Positions 57,471 to 64,000 of a stretch of 64,000 bases of DNA are shown one piece after another; position 1 is the first letter of the stretch, and each line of letters opens with the position of its first letter. The stretch is from assembly GCA_964359755.1 (NCBI GenBank), contig CAYHUB010000002.1:924-64923 (forward strand), written 5' to 3'. Position numbers and translations under genes: made by a program. The notes under the pieces were generated by a model, which saw only the letters and a list, made by a program, of their open reading frames with translations, ran no database searches and was not told where the DNA came from. This stretch comes from an uncultured Candidatus Saccharibacteria bacterium. GTDB taxonomy: Bacteria > Patescibacteriota > Minisyncoccia > GWC2-36-17 > WO2-46-25.

Positions 57471-57713
57471 ATGGAAACAAATCCAATCGTACTGATGTTT
57501 ATCAACCTTATTAACTGGTTTTCCTGGTTTGTTTCCATCACCTCCGTCGCGATGGGCCTGTACGCGGGCGCGCTGTATCTCACCGCGAAAGGGGATCCGG
57601 CAAAAGTAGCGAACGCATCGCGGGGCCTTTTGTATACGATTATCGGCGTTGTCGTTTCTATCGCCGCGTTCAGTATTAAGGCAATCGTGAAATCGCTCAT
57701 CGTTTTTGGGTGA
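57471..57713 (+). CDS. Truncated pilin-like paralogue lacking a signal peptide (possible pseudogene or recombination remnant)
   Basis: 80 aa: LINWFSWFVSITSVAMGLYAGALYLTAKGD.... Nucleotides 57521-57563 are identical to 57088-57130 of the upstream gene. Preceded by repeat copy E. Confidence 0.4.
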   Translation: METNPIVLMFINLINWFSWFVSITSVAMGLYAGALYLTAKGDPAKVANASRGLLYTIIGVVVSIAAFSIKAIVKSLIVFG

Positions 57714-57840
57714 TCTCTGCAGGAGGATGCAGATTGCACGAAGCTATTTCGTTTTCCTCTGTGGATAGACTTTTTATCGCTTTTTTAGTATAGTAAAGAG
57801 AGTAAAAAAGGTCGAAAAATAACTAATTTTATTTCGTTTT

Positions 57841-58218
57841 ATGAAAAAATATTTAGCATTCGTAATGGTAGTGGCATTTGCGTTTTCTTTCGCAAGCGTA
57901 GCATTTGCACAGGCTCCCGGTCAGGCGATCACCCCTACAGGGCTCACCGCTGACACGCTTGGCACCTCAGGATCGGTCACCGATACCACCTCTTTAGTTG
58001 GAAAGATCATGGGCTTGGTGAATTGGATAGCGTGGTTCGTCGGTTTGATGGCGGTATTGATGGGCTTGTACGCGGGCGTTTTGTTTATTACCGCGGCAGG
58101 CAATGCAGATTCGATCACCAAAGCGCGAAGCATTTTGCTTTACGCAATCGTTGGTATCGCAGTGGCGGTACTCGCATTCAGCTTGGTCGCGATCTCGAAA
58201 TCGGTTTTCTCTCTGTAA
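57841..58218 (+). CDS. Secreted pilin-like protein (125 aa), copy 1
   Basis: Signal peptide MKKYLAFVMVVAFAFSFASVAFA/QAP, a Thr/Ser-rich segment, then VNWIAWFVGLMAVLMGLYAGVLFITAAGNADSITKARSILLYAIVGIAVAVLAFSLVAI. Confidence 0.7.
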   Translation: MKKYLAFVMVVAFAFSFASVAFAQAPGQAITPTGLTADTLGTSGSVTDTTSLVGKIMGLVNWIAWFVGLMAVLMGLYAGVLFITAAGNADSITKARSILLYAIVGIAVAVLAFSLVAISKSVFSL

Positions 58219-58241
58219 TTCAATTTTATTCTCGAATACGC

Positions 58242-58275
58242 GCAAGCCCCCTCGTTGGAGGGGGCTTGCTGTTAT
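58242..58275 (+). terminator. Rho-independent terminator
   Basis: gcaagccccctc-gttg-gagggggcttgc hairpin followed by TGTTATTGT. Confidence 0.7.
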
Positions 58276-58365
58276 TGTGGATACCGTACGTATACTGTTT
58301 TCCATAAGTTTGATATAGTAAAGAGAGTAAAAAAGGTCGAAAAATAACTAATTTTATTTCGTTTT

Positions 58366-58743
58366 ATGAAAAAATATTTAGCATTCGTAATGGTAGTGGC
58401 ATTTGCGTTTTCTTTCGCAAGCGTAGCATTTGCACAGGCTCCCGGTCAGGCGATCACCCCTACAGGGCTCACCGCTGACACGCTTGGCACCTCAGGATCG
58501 GTCACCGATACCACCTCTTTAGTTGGAAAGATCATGGGCTTGGTGAATTGGATAGCGTGGTTCGTCGGTTTGATGGCGGTATTGATGGGCTTGTACGCGG
58601 GCGTTTTGTTTATTACCGCGGCAGGCAATGCAGATTCGATCACCAAAGCGCGAAGCATTTTGCTTTACGCAATCGTTGGTATCGCAGTGGCGGTACTCGC
58701 ATTCAGCTTGGTTGCGATCTCGAAATCGGTTTTCTCTCTGTAA
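58366..58743 (+). CDS. Secreted pilin-like protein (125 aa), copy 2 (identical protein)
   Basis: Protein sequence is identical to 57841-58218. Confidence 0.7.
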   Translation: MKKYLAFVMVVAFAFSFASVAFAQAPGQAITPTGLTADTLGTSGSVTDTTSLVGKIMGLVNWIAWFVGLMAVLMGLYAGVLFITAAGNADSITKARSILLYAIVGIAVAVLAFSLVAISKSVFSL

Positions 58744-58765
58744 TTCTTTTTACTCCGACATCTCG

Positions 58766-58803
58766 CTCCCGTCCTTGCTTCATGTAAGGGCGGGAGTTTG
58801 TTG
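58766..58803 (+). terminator. Rho-independent terminator
   Basis: ctcccgtcc...ggacgggag hairpin (one GU pair) followed by TTTGTTGTTG. Confidence 0.55.
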
Positions 58804-58856
58804 TTGGGGATAAAGAGATGTGCTTTTTTGCGATAGTTTTGATACACTGTACGTAT

Positions 58857-59249
58857 ATGAAAAATATCTGTGTGAAGATGGTTTTACTTATGGTGGTAGG
58901 CGTTGCTATCGCCATGCCGTTTGGCGTGTTGGCGCAGGATAATCCGATAGGCAAGATTAGTGATGTTGGTGCGGGAGTTGGAGAAGTTAATATTAGTACG
59001 GGTGCCGTGCTCAACGCAGACACACTTGTTACAATAATTACGACGCTGGTAAACTGGTTTGCATGGGTTATTGCGCTTGCATCGGTCGTTATGGGCCTAT
59101 ACGCCGGATTTCTTTTTATCACCGCCAGAGGAGAAGCATCGCAGATCTCAACGGCGCGCCAGACGCTTCTGTGGGCGGTCATCGGCATTGCGGTTGCGGT
59201 CATTTCGTTCAGCATTATCATATTAACCAAAACAATTTTTGATTTATAA
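58857..59249 (+). CDS. Secreted pilin-like protein (about 130 aa)
   Basis: Start chosen at MKNICVKMVLLMVVGVAIAMPFGVLA/QDN (signal peptide). C-terminus VNWFAWVIALASVVMGLYAGFLFITARGEASQISTARQTLLWAVIGIAVAVISFSIII. The track ORF starts at 58818. Confidence 0.65.
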   Translation: MKNICVKMVLLMVVGVAIAMPFGVLAQDNPIGKISDVGAGVGEVNISTGAVLNADTLVTIITTLVNWFAWVIALASVVMGLYAGFLFITARGEASQISTARQTLLWAVIGIAVAVISFSIIILTKTIFDL

Positions 59250-59254
59250 TTTCT

Positions 59255-59641
59255 ATGAAATATAAAACATACATCGTACTGTTATTCATGGTATTGATCG
59301 CGCCGGCCATTGTTTTTGCCGCCGCCCCCGATTCAACACTTGGGAAGATCACTGATAGTGCCACAACAGGCATAGCGACAGATTCAAACAGTGCAGATTA
59401 TGCAGATGTAAACACGATTACGGGCAAAATTACAGGCGTAGTAAACTGGTTTTCGTGGGGCATCGCGCTTGTATCGGTGGTCATGGGGTTGTATGCCGGA
59501 TTTCTTTTTATCACCGCCAGAGGAGAGCCCGCCCAGCTTAAAACCGCGCGCGCGACACTTTTGTGGGCGATAATCGGCGTTGCGGTGGCGGTGCTCGCGT
59601 TTAGCATCATTGCTATTACAAAATCTATTTTTACACTGTAA
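59255..59641 (+). CDS. Secreted pilin-like protein (128 aa)
   Basis: Signal peptide MKYKTYIVLLFMVLIAPAIVFA/AAP. C-terminus VNWFSWGIALVSVVMGLYAGFLFITARGEPAQLKTARATLLWAIIGVAVAVLAFSIIAI. Confidence 0.7.
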   Translation: MKYKTYIVLLFMVLIAPAIVFAAAPDSTLGKITDSATTGIATDSNSADYADVNTITGKITGVVNWFSWGIALVSVVMGLYAGFLFITARGEPAQLKTARATLLWAIIGVAVAVLAFSIIAITKSIFTL

Positions 59642-59663
59642 GCAGGTTATTTTTTAAAAAAAG

Positions 59664-59697
59664 AACCCCTCGTTTTGCACTTGCAAAACGAGGGGTT
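59664..59697. terminator. Bidirectional hairpin between pilin array and convergent minus-strand operon
   Basis: aacccctcgttttgca / tgcaaaacgaggggtt 16-bp stem. T-tract on the minus-sense side, A/T tract on the plus side. Confidence 0.65.
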
Positions 59698-59712
59698 TAG
59701 TTATCGCGGAGG

Positions 59713-60444
59713 TCAGTGGTTCTCGACCTCCATTGTTGGGGGCTCCGAACGGAACCGCGTTGCATGAAACGTTGCGGTGGATCCGTCCCATCCGATCTGT
59801 TCGTTCGCGGCGGGATCGGTGAGGAACGCCTGCATATAGTTATACTGCAGGTGCACCTCGGCTTTTTCGGTGAGCGGATTATTAAAGTAGATAATGCCCC
59901 CCGCCTCCCTGATGTAGTCGTGCGCCACGATGTTCCCACGCGCATCCTGAATGATAAAAACCATAACCCCGGGAGGCAGATCGGGAAAGGGGAGATCATG
60001 GCGGAACCTAGGGCGCGTCACTTTGCCCGGCTCGCCATAAATGGGGATACTCGCGCCATTAGCACCGTACGAACACCGATTCCTTGTGGGGAAATCGGGG
60101 CCGAAATCAATGTGCCTGATTTGGACGTTCTCGCCCGGCTCAAGCGAGGTGATATATGGATACATCACCTCGCAGGGGGTGACGATCTCCACATCTTTGC
60201 CTCCTGCCATTTCTCTGCGGCGAGTTTTTGTTTTAATCCCGGGCTTTTTAACAGTTGATCCTCTCGCGATCCATAAGTCGCCTTCTATGAATCCCTTCGG
60301 GGCGTGGGATTCGCGGTATACTCTGATTTCTCGCGATATCGCCTTGTCCGCGAATTTGAAGATCGCAAGCAGAATGAGAAGTGTAATTCCCCACCAGAAC
60401 ATTTTCGTGCCGACCTTAACAGCTTTGTCATCCGATATGTTCAT
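59713..60444 (-). CDS. Hypothetical membrane-anchored protein (243 aa)
   Basis: Single N-terminal TM (MFWWGITLLILLAIFKF), then a soluble domain without recognisable motifs. The ATGA overlap with the upstream gene implies an operon. Confidence 0.45.
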   Translation of the reverse strand: MNISDDKAVKVGTKMFWWGITLLILLAIFKFADKAISREIRVYRESHAPKGFIEGDLWIARGSTVKKPGIKTKTRRREMAGGKDVEIVTPCEVMYPYITSLEPGENVQIRHIDFGPDFPTRNRCSYGANGASIPIYGEPGKVTRPRFRHDLPFPDLPPGVMVFIIQDARGNIVAHDYIREAGGIIYFNNPLTEKAEVHLQYNYMQAFLTDPAANEQIGWDGSTATFHATRFRSEPPTMEVENH

Positions 60445-61499
60445 AGCTTTTTACCTCCTTTCTTTTTACCGCCGGTGACCGCTTTTCCTGCCATCACCAT
60501 TTGGCTAAGAGCAAGTAACGTTTCGGGCGGAACATTTTCAAGCCCCGTCAGGCTCACATCAATGCGCTGTGCCTCGGGCTTCTGGTAGTACTCCTGTACC
60601 ACCATGACGAGATCCCGCGCTTCTTTGTCGTTGAGGGAAGGATTTTTCTTCTTCACCTCTTCGATCATTGCCAACACAAGGTTGGTGTCGAGGCGCTCGA
60701 TCTCCCGCTCGATGTCGCGCTGACGGAATTCGCTTCTCACCTTCGCGGTCTCGGGGTTTGGCTCGAGCGCAAGCGTGCTGACGGTGAGCAGAACGCCGTA
60801 ATCCTCGAGAAATATCCGCTCAAGACCGCGCACATTGTTGTCTTGTTCCGGCAGATTTCTTTCTTCAGGGATCATTAACGTGATATCTGAAGTATCAATG
60901 TTGCGCGCCTCCATCTTTTTCTTAAACTCTTCTTGGTAGACGGTGGCAATCGCGATGATCCTTTGCTCCGCCGTTTTGTTTCCATTGTCGGGAACGCTAT
61001 ATTTAAGCCCTTTCCCGATGGCAAGCTGGATCGCGTCGTTCATTTTTTTGGAAAGCGCGCATTCGGCGGGTATGGTCGTGAGCAATTCATCAAGCATCTC
61101 CGCCATCCGCGCTTTTGCATCAGTTTCTATCTTTTCCTGTTGTTTGTCGTACAGCAAAAGATAGTTCGATGCACTGCTGATCCATGCCAGGCCGCGTTTG
61201 TTCATTTCTTCCGGCGGTAAAAGCTGAAAGCCGAACGTACCTTTGCATTGTATCTGGTCATCAAGTACGTTCATGGTAAACTCAAACGGAACCCTTTCTC
61301 GCGGTTTCAGCGAGTGAAGTATCAGCGAGCAGAACGGGGGAAGAATACGCAGTCCCTCCGTTAAGACTCTGTTAAGCCGCTTGCCTCCCAAAAAAACAGG
61401 GATGGCAAGCATGTTTGGCGGTACCAACCGCACAAACAGCCATACGAATGTTCCTGCGCCGATCAATATCAGCGCGAGTGTGAAGATTAGATTCTGCAT
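60441..61499 (-). CDS. SPFH/band-7 (flotillin-like) membrane protein, tentative
   Basis: N-terminal TM; IPVFLGGKRLNRVLTEGLRILPPF... matches the SPFH pattern loosely; long charged, helical C-terminal half. 352 aa. Confidence 0.4.
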   Translation of the reverse strand: MQNLIFTLALILIGAGTFVWLFVRLVPPNMLAIPVFLGGKRLNRVLTEGLRILPPFCSLILHSLKPRERVPFEFTMNVLDDQIQCKGTFGFQLLPPEEMNKRGLAWISSASNYLLLYDKQQEKIETDAKARMAEMLDELLTTIPAECALSKKMNDAIQLAIGKGLKYSVPDNGNKTAEQRIIAIATVYQEEFKKKMEARNIDTSDITLMIPEERNLPEQDNNVRGLERIFLEDYGVLLTVSTLALEPNPETAKVRSEFRQRDIEREIERLDTNLVLAMIEEVKKKNPSLNDKEARDLVMVVQEYYQKPEAQRIDVSLTGLENVPPETLLALSQMVMAGKAVTGGKKKGGKKL

Positions 61500-61663
61500 T
61501 TTTTCCTCCTCCTTTTTGGGTTATTGTATTGTCAAAGGTCTTGATTCCTTCGTATATGTGAAAAGGGCAGTATGCCTCTTTTGTGGCAACATTATACAAT
61601 TTCCTGACAGAAAAGTCAATGGCTGCATAAAGGGGCTTGCGTGCGCGGGCATAATCTGATAAA

Positions 61664-62887
61664 GTGAACCTTGCTTTAAGCATTATGCAGAATATCATTG
61701 TAGAACAAAATCAGGTGCAGAACCAACAGATCAAAGCCATCATGGAAGAGGCGCTGAAATCGGGCGCATCAAAACTGCCGAAAGTGGGCGATGTGATCAA
61801 TGGGACGGTGGCGAATAAGGGGAGTTTGACACTCTATGCCGATTTTGGCGTGCTGGGCACCGGTATCGTGTATGGGCGGGAATATCGCGAAGCATCGGAC
61901 ATCATCAAAAAGATGAATATCGGCGATGCGATCTCCGCGAAAGTGGTGGAGCTTGAAAATGACCGCGGGTTTATCGAGCTTTCATTGAAGGATGCCGGCT
62001 ATACGCTCGCGTGGGATGACCTTATTAAGAAAAAAGACACAGGCGAAGTCATCGAGGTGGAGATCAAAGAAGTGAATAAAGGCGGGTTGCTGGCGGAGAT
62101 CAATAATATTCCCGCGTTTATGCCGGTTTCACAGCTCGCGACCAAGCATTATCCGCGCGTGGACGGAGGCGATAAATCAAAAATTCTTACGGAGCTTCAG
62201 AAATTTGTCGGGCAGAAATTCAAAGTGAAGATCATCGACGTGAATCAGACGGATGAAAAGCTGATCGTGTCTGAAAAAGAAGCGCAGGATAACGATCTGA
62301 AAAAAATCCTTTCAATATATAAGGTGGGGGATGTCGTTACGGGAGAAGTTTCGGGCGTCGTGAATTTCGGCGTGTTCGTAAAATTCACTCCGAGCGCGCC
62401 ATCGGGCGAAGGGCCAAGCGAGCTTGAAGGGCTTGTGCATATTTCCGAGCTTGATTGGCAGCTTATCGAAAACCCCGCGGATACATTCAAAGTCGGCGAC
62501 AAAGTGAGCGCGCAGATCATTTCGCTTGATAGCGACAAGATCTCATTATCGATCAAGGCGCTGAAAGCCGATCCGTGGAAAGACGCGGAAGAGAAATTCA
62601 AGAAGGGGGACGCAATAAAAGGCACCGTGGTGAAAGTAAATCCTTTTGGCGCGTTTGTGCGCGTTGACGGCGACATTCAGGGCTTGTGCCATATCTCGGA
62701 ATTCGGCACGGATGAGCAGATGAAAAAAACGATCGCGGTGGGAGAGACATATGATTTTTATGTGCAGTCTGTTTCCGGCAAAGAACACCGCATGGGGCTT
62801 GGGTTCGGAAAGGCAAAAGCAAAAGTACAGGAAGCGGCCACCGCGCCGGAAGCAACCGAAGAAAAAAGCGCGGAAGAAAAAGTGTAG
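61664..62887 (+). CDS. rpsA: 30S ribosomal protein S1 (short form with multiple S1 domains)
   Basis: About six S1-like repeats (GDVINGTV..., GDAISAKV..., GEVIEVEI..., GDVVTGEV...GLVHISEL, GDKVSAQI..., GDAIKGTV...GLCHISEF). Alternative start at 61685. Confidence 0.85.
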   Translation: MNLALSIMQNIIVEQNQVQNQQIKAIMEEALKSGASKLPKVGDVINGTVANKGSLTLYADFGVLGTGIVYGREYREASDIIKKMNIGDAISAKVVELENDRGFIELSLKDAGYTLAWDDLIKKKDTGEVIEVEIKEVNKGGLLAEINNIPAFMPVSQLATKHYPRVDGGDKSKILTELQKFVGQKFKVKIIDVNQTDEKLIVSEKEAQDNDLKKILSIYKVGDVVTGEVSGVVNFGVFVKFTPSAPSGEGPSELEGLVHISELDWQLIENPADTFKVGDKVSAQIISLDSDKISLSIKALKADPWKDAEEKFKKGDAIKGTVVKVNPFGAFVRVDGDIQGLCHISEFGTDEQMKKTIAVGETYDFYVQSVSGKEHRMGLGFGKAKAKVQEAATAPEATEEKSAEEKV

Positions 62888-62909
62888 AAATAATCTTTGC
62901 ATCAGAGCA

Positions 62910-62952
62910 AAAATGCGTTTTTCCTGCGAGAGCTTGAAAACGCATTTTTATT
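62910..62952 (+). terminator. Rho-independent terminator after rpsA
   Basis: aaaatgcgtttt / aaaacgcatttt 12-bp stem with a 15-nt loop, followed by TTTTTATT. Confidence 0.7.
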
Positions 62953-62959
62953 ACAGTTC

Positions 62960-63120
62960 AGAGCCTATCCCAATAGGGTCTCCGTTACGAGCCACGATAG
63001 CTTCGAAGCGGAAAAATGAGAAACTCGCGAAGCTTTGTCGAGACAAGGCGACATGAGTTTCTCATTTTTCAGCCGAAGATCGCGTGGCGCAGTAGGAAAG
63101 TTCCTATTGGGATAGGCTCT
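62960..63120. repeat. Long nested palindrome (18-bp outer IR, 16-bp inner IR)
   Basis: agagcctatcccaatagg (62960-62977) pairs with cctattgggataggctct (63103-63120). The interior holds gaaaaatgagaaactc / gagtttctcatttttc (63011-63026 and 63055-63070). Confidence 0.75.
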
Positions 63121-63159
63121 TATGTTGTCTATTTAAGAAAATATGGGTAGAATACTACG

Positions 63160-64000
63160 ATGAAAATATTCACGAAAAACTTATTGTATGCGGTACTTTT
63201 CTTTGCGGTTATCTCCGCTCTTTTTTCTTTGGTGCGCACGCCGGCAGAAACGGCGGAAGAAGTCGCCCTTTCACGGCTTGCGACGCAGGTGAACGAGGGG
63301 ATAGTAAAAGAGATCATTGTTGAGGGAAGCAATCTTTCGGTGGTTTTGAATGACGACAAGAAGGAAACAACAAAAAAAGAAAGTGAAGCATCGCTCACCG
63401 AGTCGCTGAAAAATTACGGCGTGGATTCGGAAAAACTTCGCTCGGTGAATATCACTATGCAGGAGCCGTCAGGCGCGCTCTTTTGGCTTGGAGCGATCCT
63501 GCCGTTTCTCCTGCCGTTCATATTCCTCGGCGTGCTTATTTGGTTTATGTTCCGCCAGGCGCAAAAAGGATCTCTGCAGGCGTTCTCGTTCAGCAAGACA
63601 AAAGCGCGCATGGCGGGAAAAGGAGAGCGCGTTACCTTCGCCGATGTCGCAGGGTTGAAAGAAGCGAAGGAAGAATTGCATGAGATCATTGATTTTCTGA
63701 AGAACCCGAAAAAATTCATTGATATCGGCGCAAAAATTCCGCGCGGCGTTTTGCTTATGGGGCCTCCGGGCACCGGCAAAACATTGCTTGCGCGCGCGGT
63801 CGCTGGGGAGGCGGAAGTGCCATTCTTTCATATTTCAGGCTCCGAATTCGTTGAGATGTTCGTGGGTGTGGGCGCGTCGCGCGTGCGGGATACGTTCGCG
63901 ACCGCAAAGCAAACTGCGCCGTCCATTCTTTTTATCGACGAGCTTGATGCTATCGGGCGCCACCGCGGCGCGGGGCTTGGCGGCGGGCACGATGAGCGCG
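63160..64000 (+). CDS. ftsH: ATP-dependent zinc metalloprotease FtsH (N-terminal part, continues past window end)
   Basis: TM, periplasmic region, second TM, then AAA module [23 protein letters not shown]...[15 protein letters not shown]. Open to the window edge and not in the track. Confidence 0.9.
   Translation, partial: MKIFTKNLLYAVLFFAVISALFSLVRTPAETAEEVALSRLATQVNEGIVKEIIVEGSNLSVVLNDDKKETTKKESEASLTESLKNYGVDSEKLRSVNITMQEPSGALFWLGAILPFLLPFIFLGVLIWFMFRQAQKGSLQAFSFSKTKARMAGKGERVTFADVAGLKEAKEELHEIIDFLKNPKKFIDIGAKIPRGVLLMGPPGTGKTLLARAVAGEAEVPFFHISGSEFVEMFVGVGASRVRDTFATAKQTAPSILFIDELDAIGRHRGAGLGGGHDER

Larger units (their letters stand above)
57789..58746 (+). repeat. Segmental duplication: two 433-bp units (57789-58221 and 58314-58746) separated by 92 bp
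   Basis: Each unit carries 52 bp of upstream region plus a complete 125-codon pilin-like CDS. I found one silent C/T difference (58186 versus 58711). The downstream terminators differ. Confidence 0.85.

Noticed and set aside
57789-58746. Interpreting the identical pilin gene pair as certainly biological
   Set aside because: Near-100 percent identity over 433 bp could also come from assembly duplication. Kept as a finding but flagged as needing read-level confirmation.

Overview
The window is a gene-dense bacterial fragment that uses the standard genetic code (TGA is used as a stop). Most of it is housekeeping: ileS, glyQS, metG, recO, ruvA, uvrB, gyrA, pyrG, rpsT, rpsA, ftsH, murD, a MurE-like ligase, a FemAB-like transferase, thiI, rsmI, tatD and holA. 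Genes are tightly packed and many stops and starts overlap. From the gene content (ELP3 homologue, FemAB, DUF192, family-4 UDG, many small membrane proteins) I infer, without proof, that this is a reduced genome of the CPR/Patescibacteria type. No rRNA, tRNA or CRISPR array was found by eye.

The features that stand out are:
1. A surface-protein locus on the plus strand (45979-59700). It runs from a solute-binding protein into an 896-aa FN3/PKD protein, then a 2209-aa giant multi-repeat protein. The giant protein ends in a roughly 65-aa two-helix hydrophobic domain. That domain recurs in a downstream array of six small secreted pilin-like paralogues (one an identical duplicate, one truncated) and in a distant paralogue at 41287-41709. 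By architecture it resembles TrbC/VirB2 type IV secretion pilins.
2. A family of about 110-bp intergenic palindromic elements with a conserved core and variable self-complementary outer stems (five copies).
3. An isoleucyl-tRNA synthetase carrying an inserted histidine-phosphatase (PGAM-like) domain.
4. A bacterial ELP3 homologue divergently paired with a Trm9-like methyltransferase.
5. Two intergenic regions bracketed by the same 12-bp inverted repeat CCCGTTAGAAGT.
6. A long nested palindrome between rpsA and ftsH.
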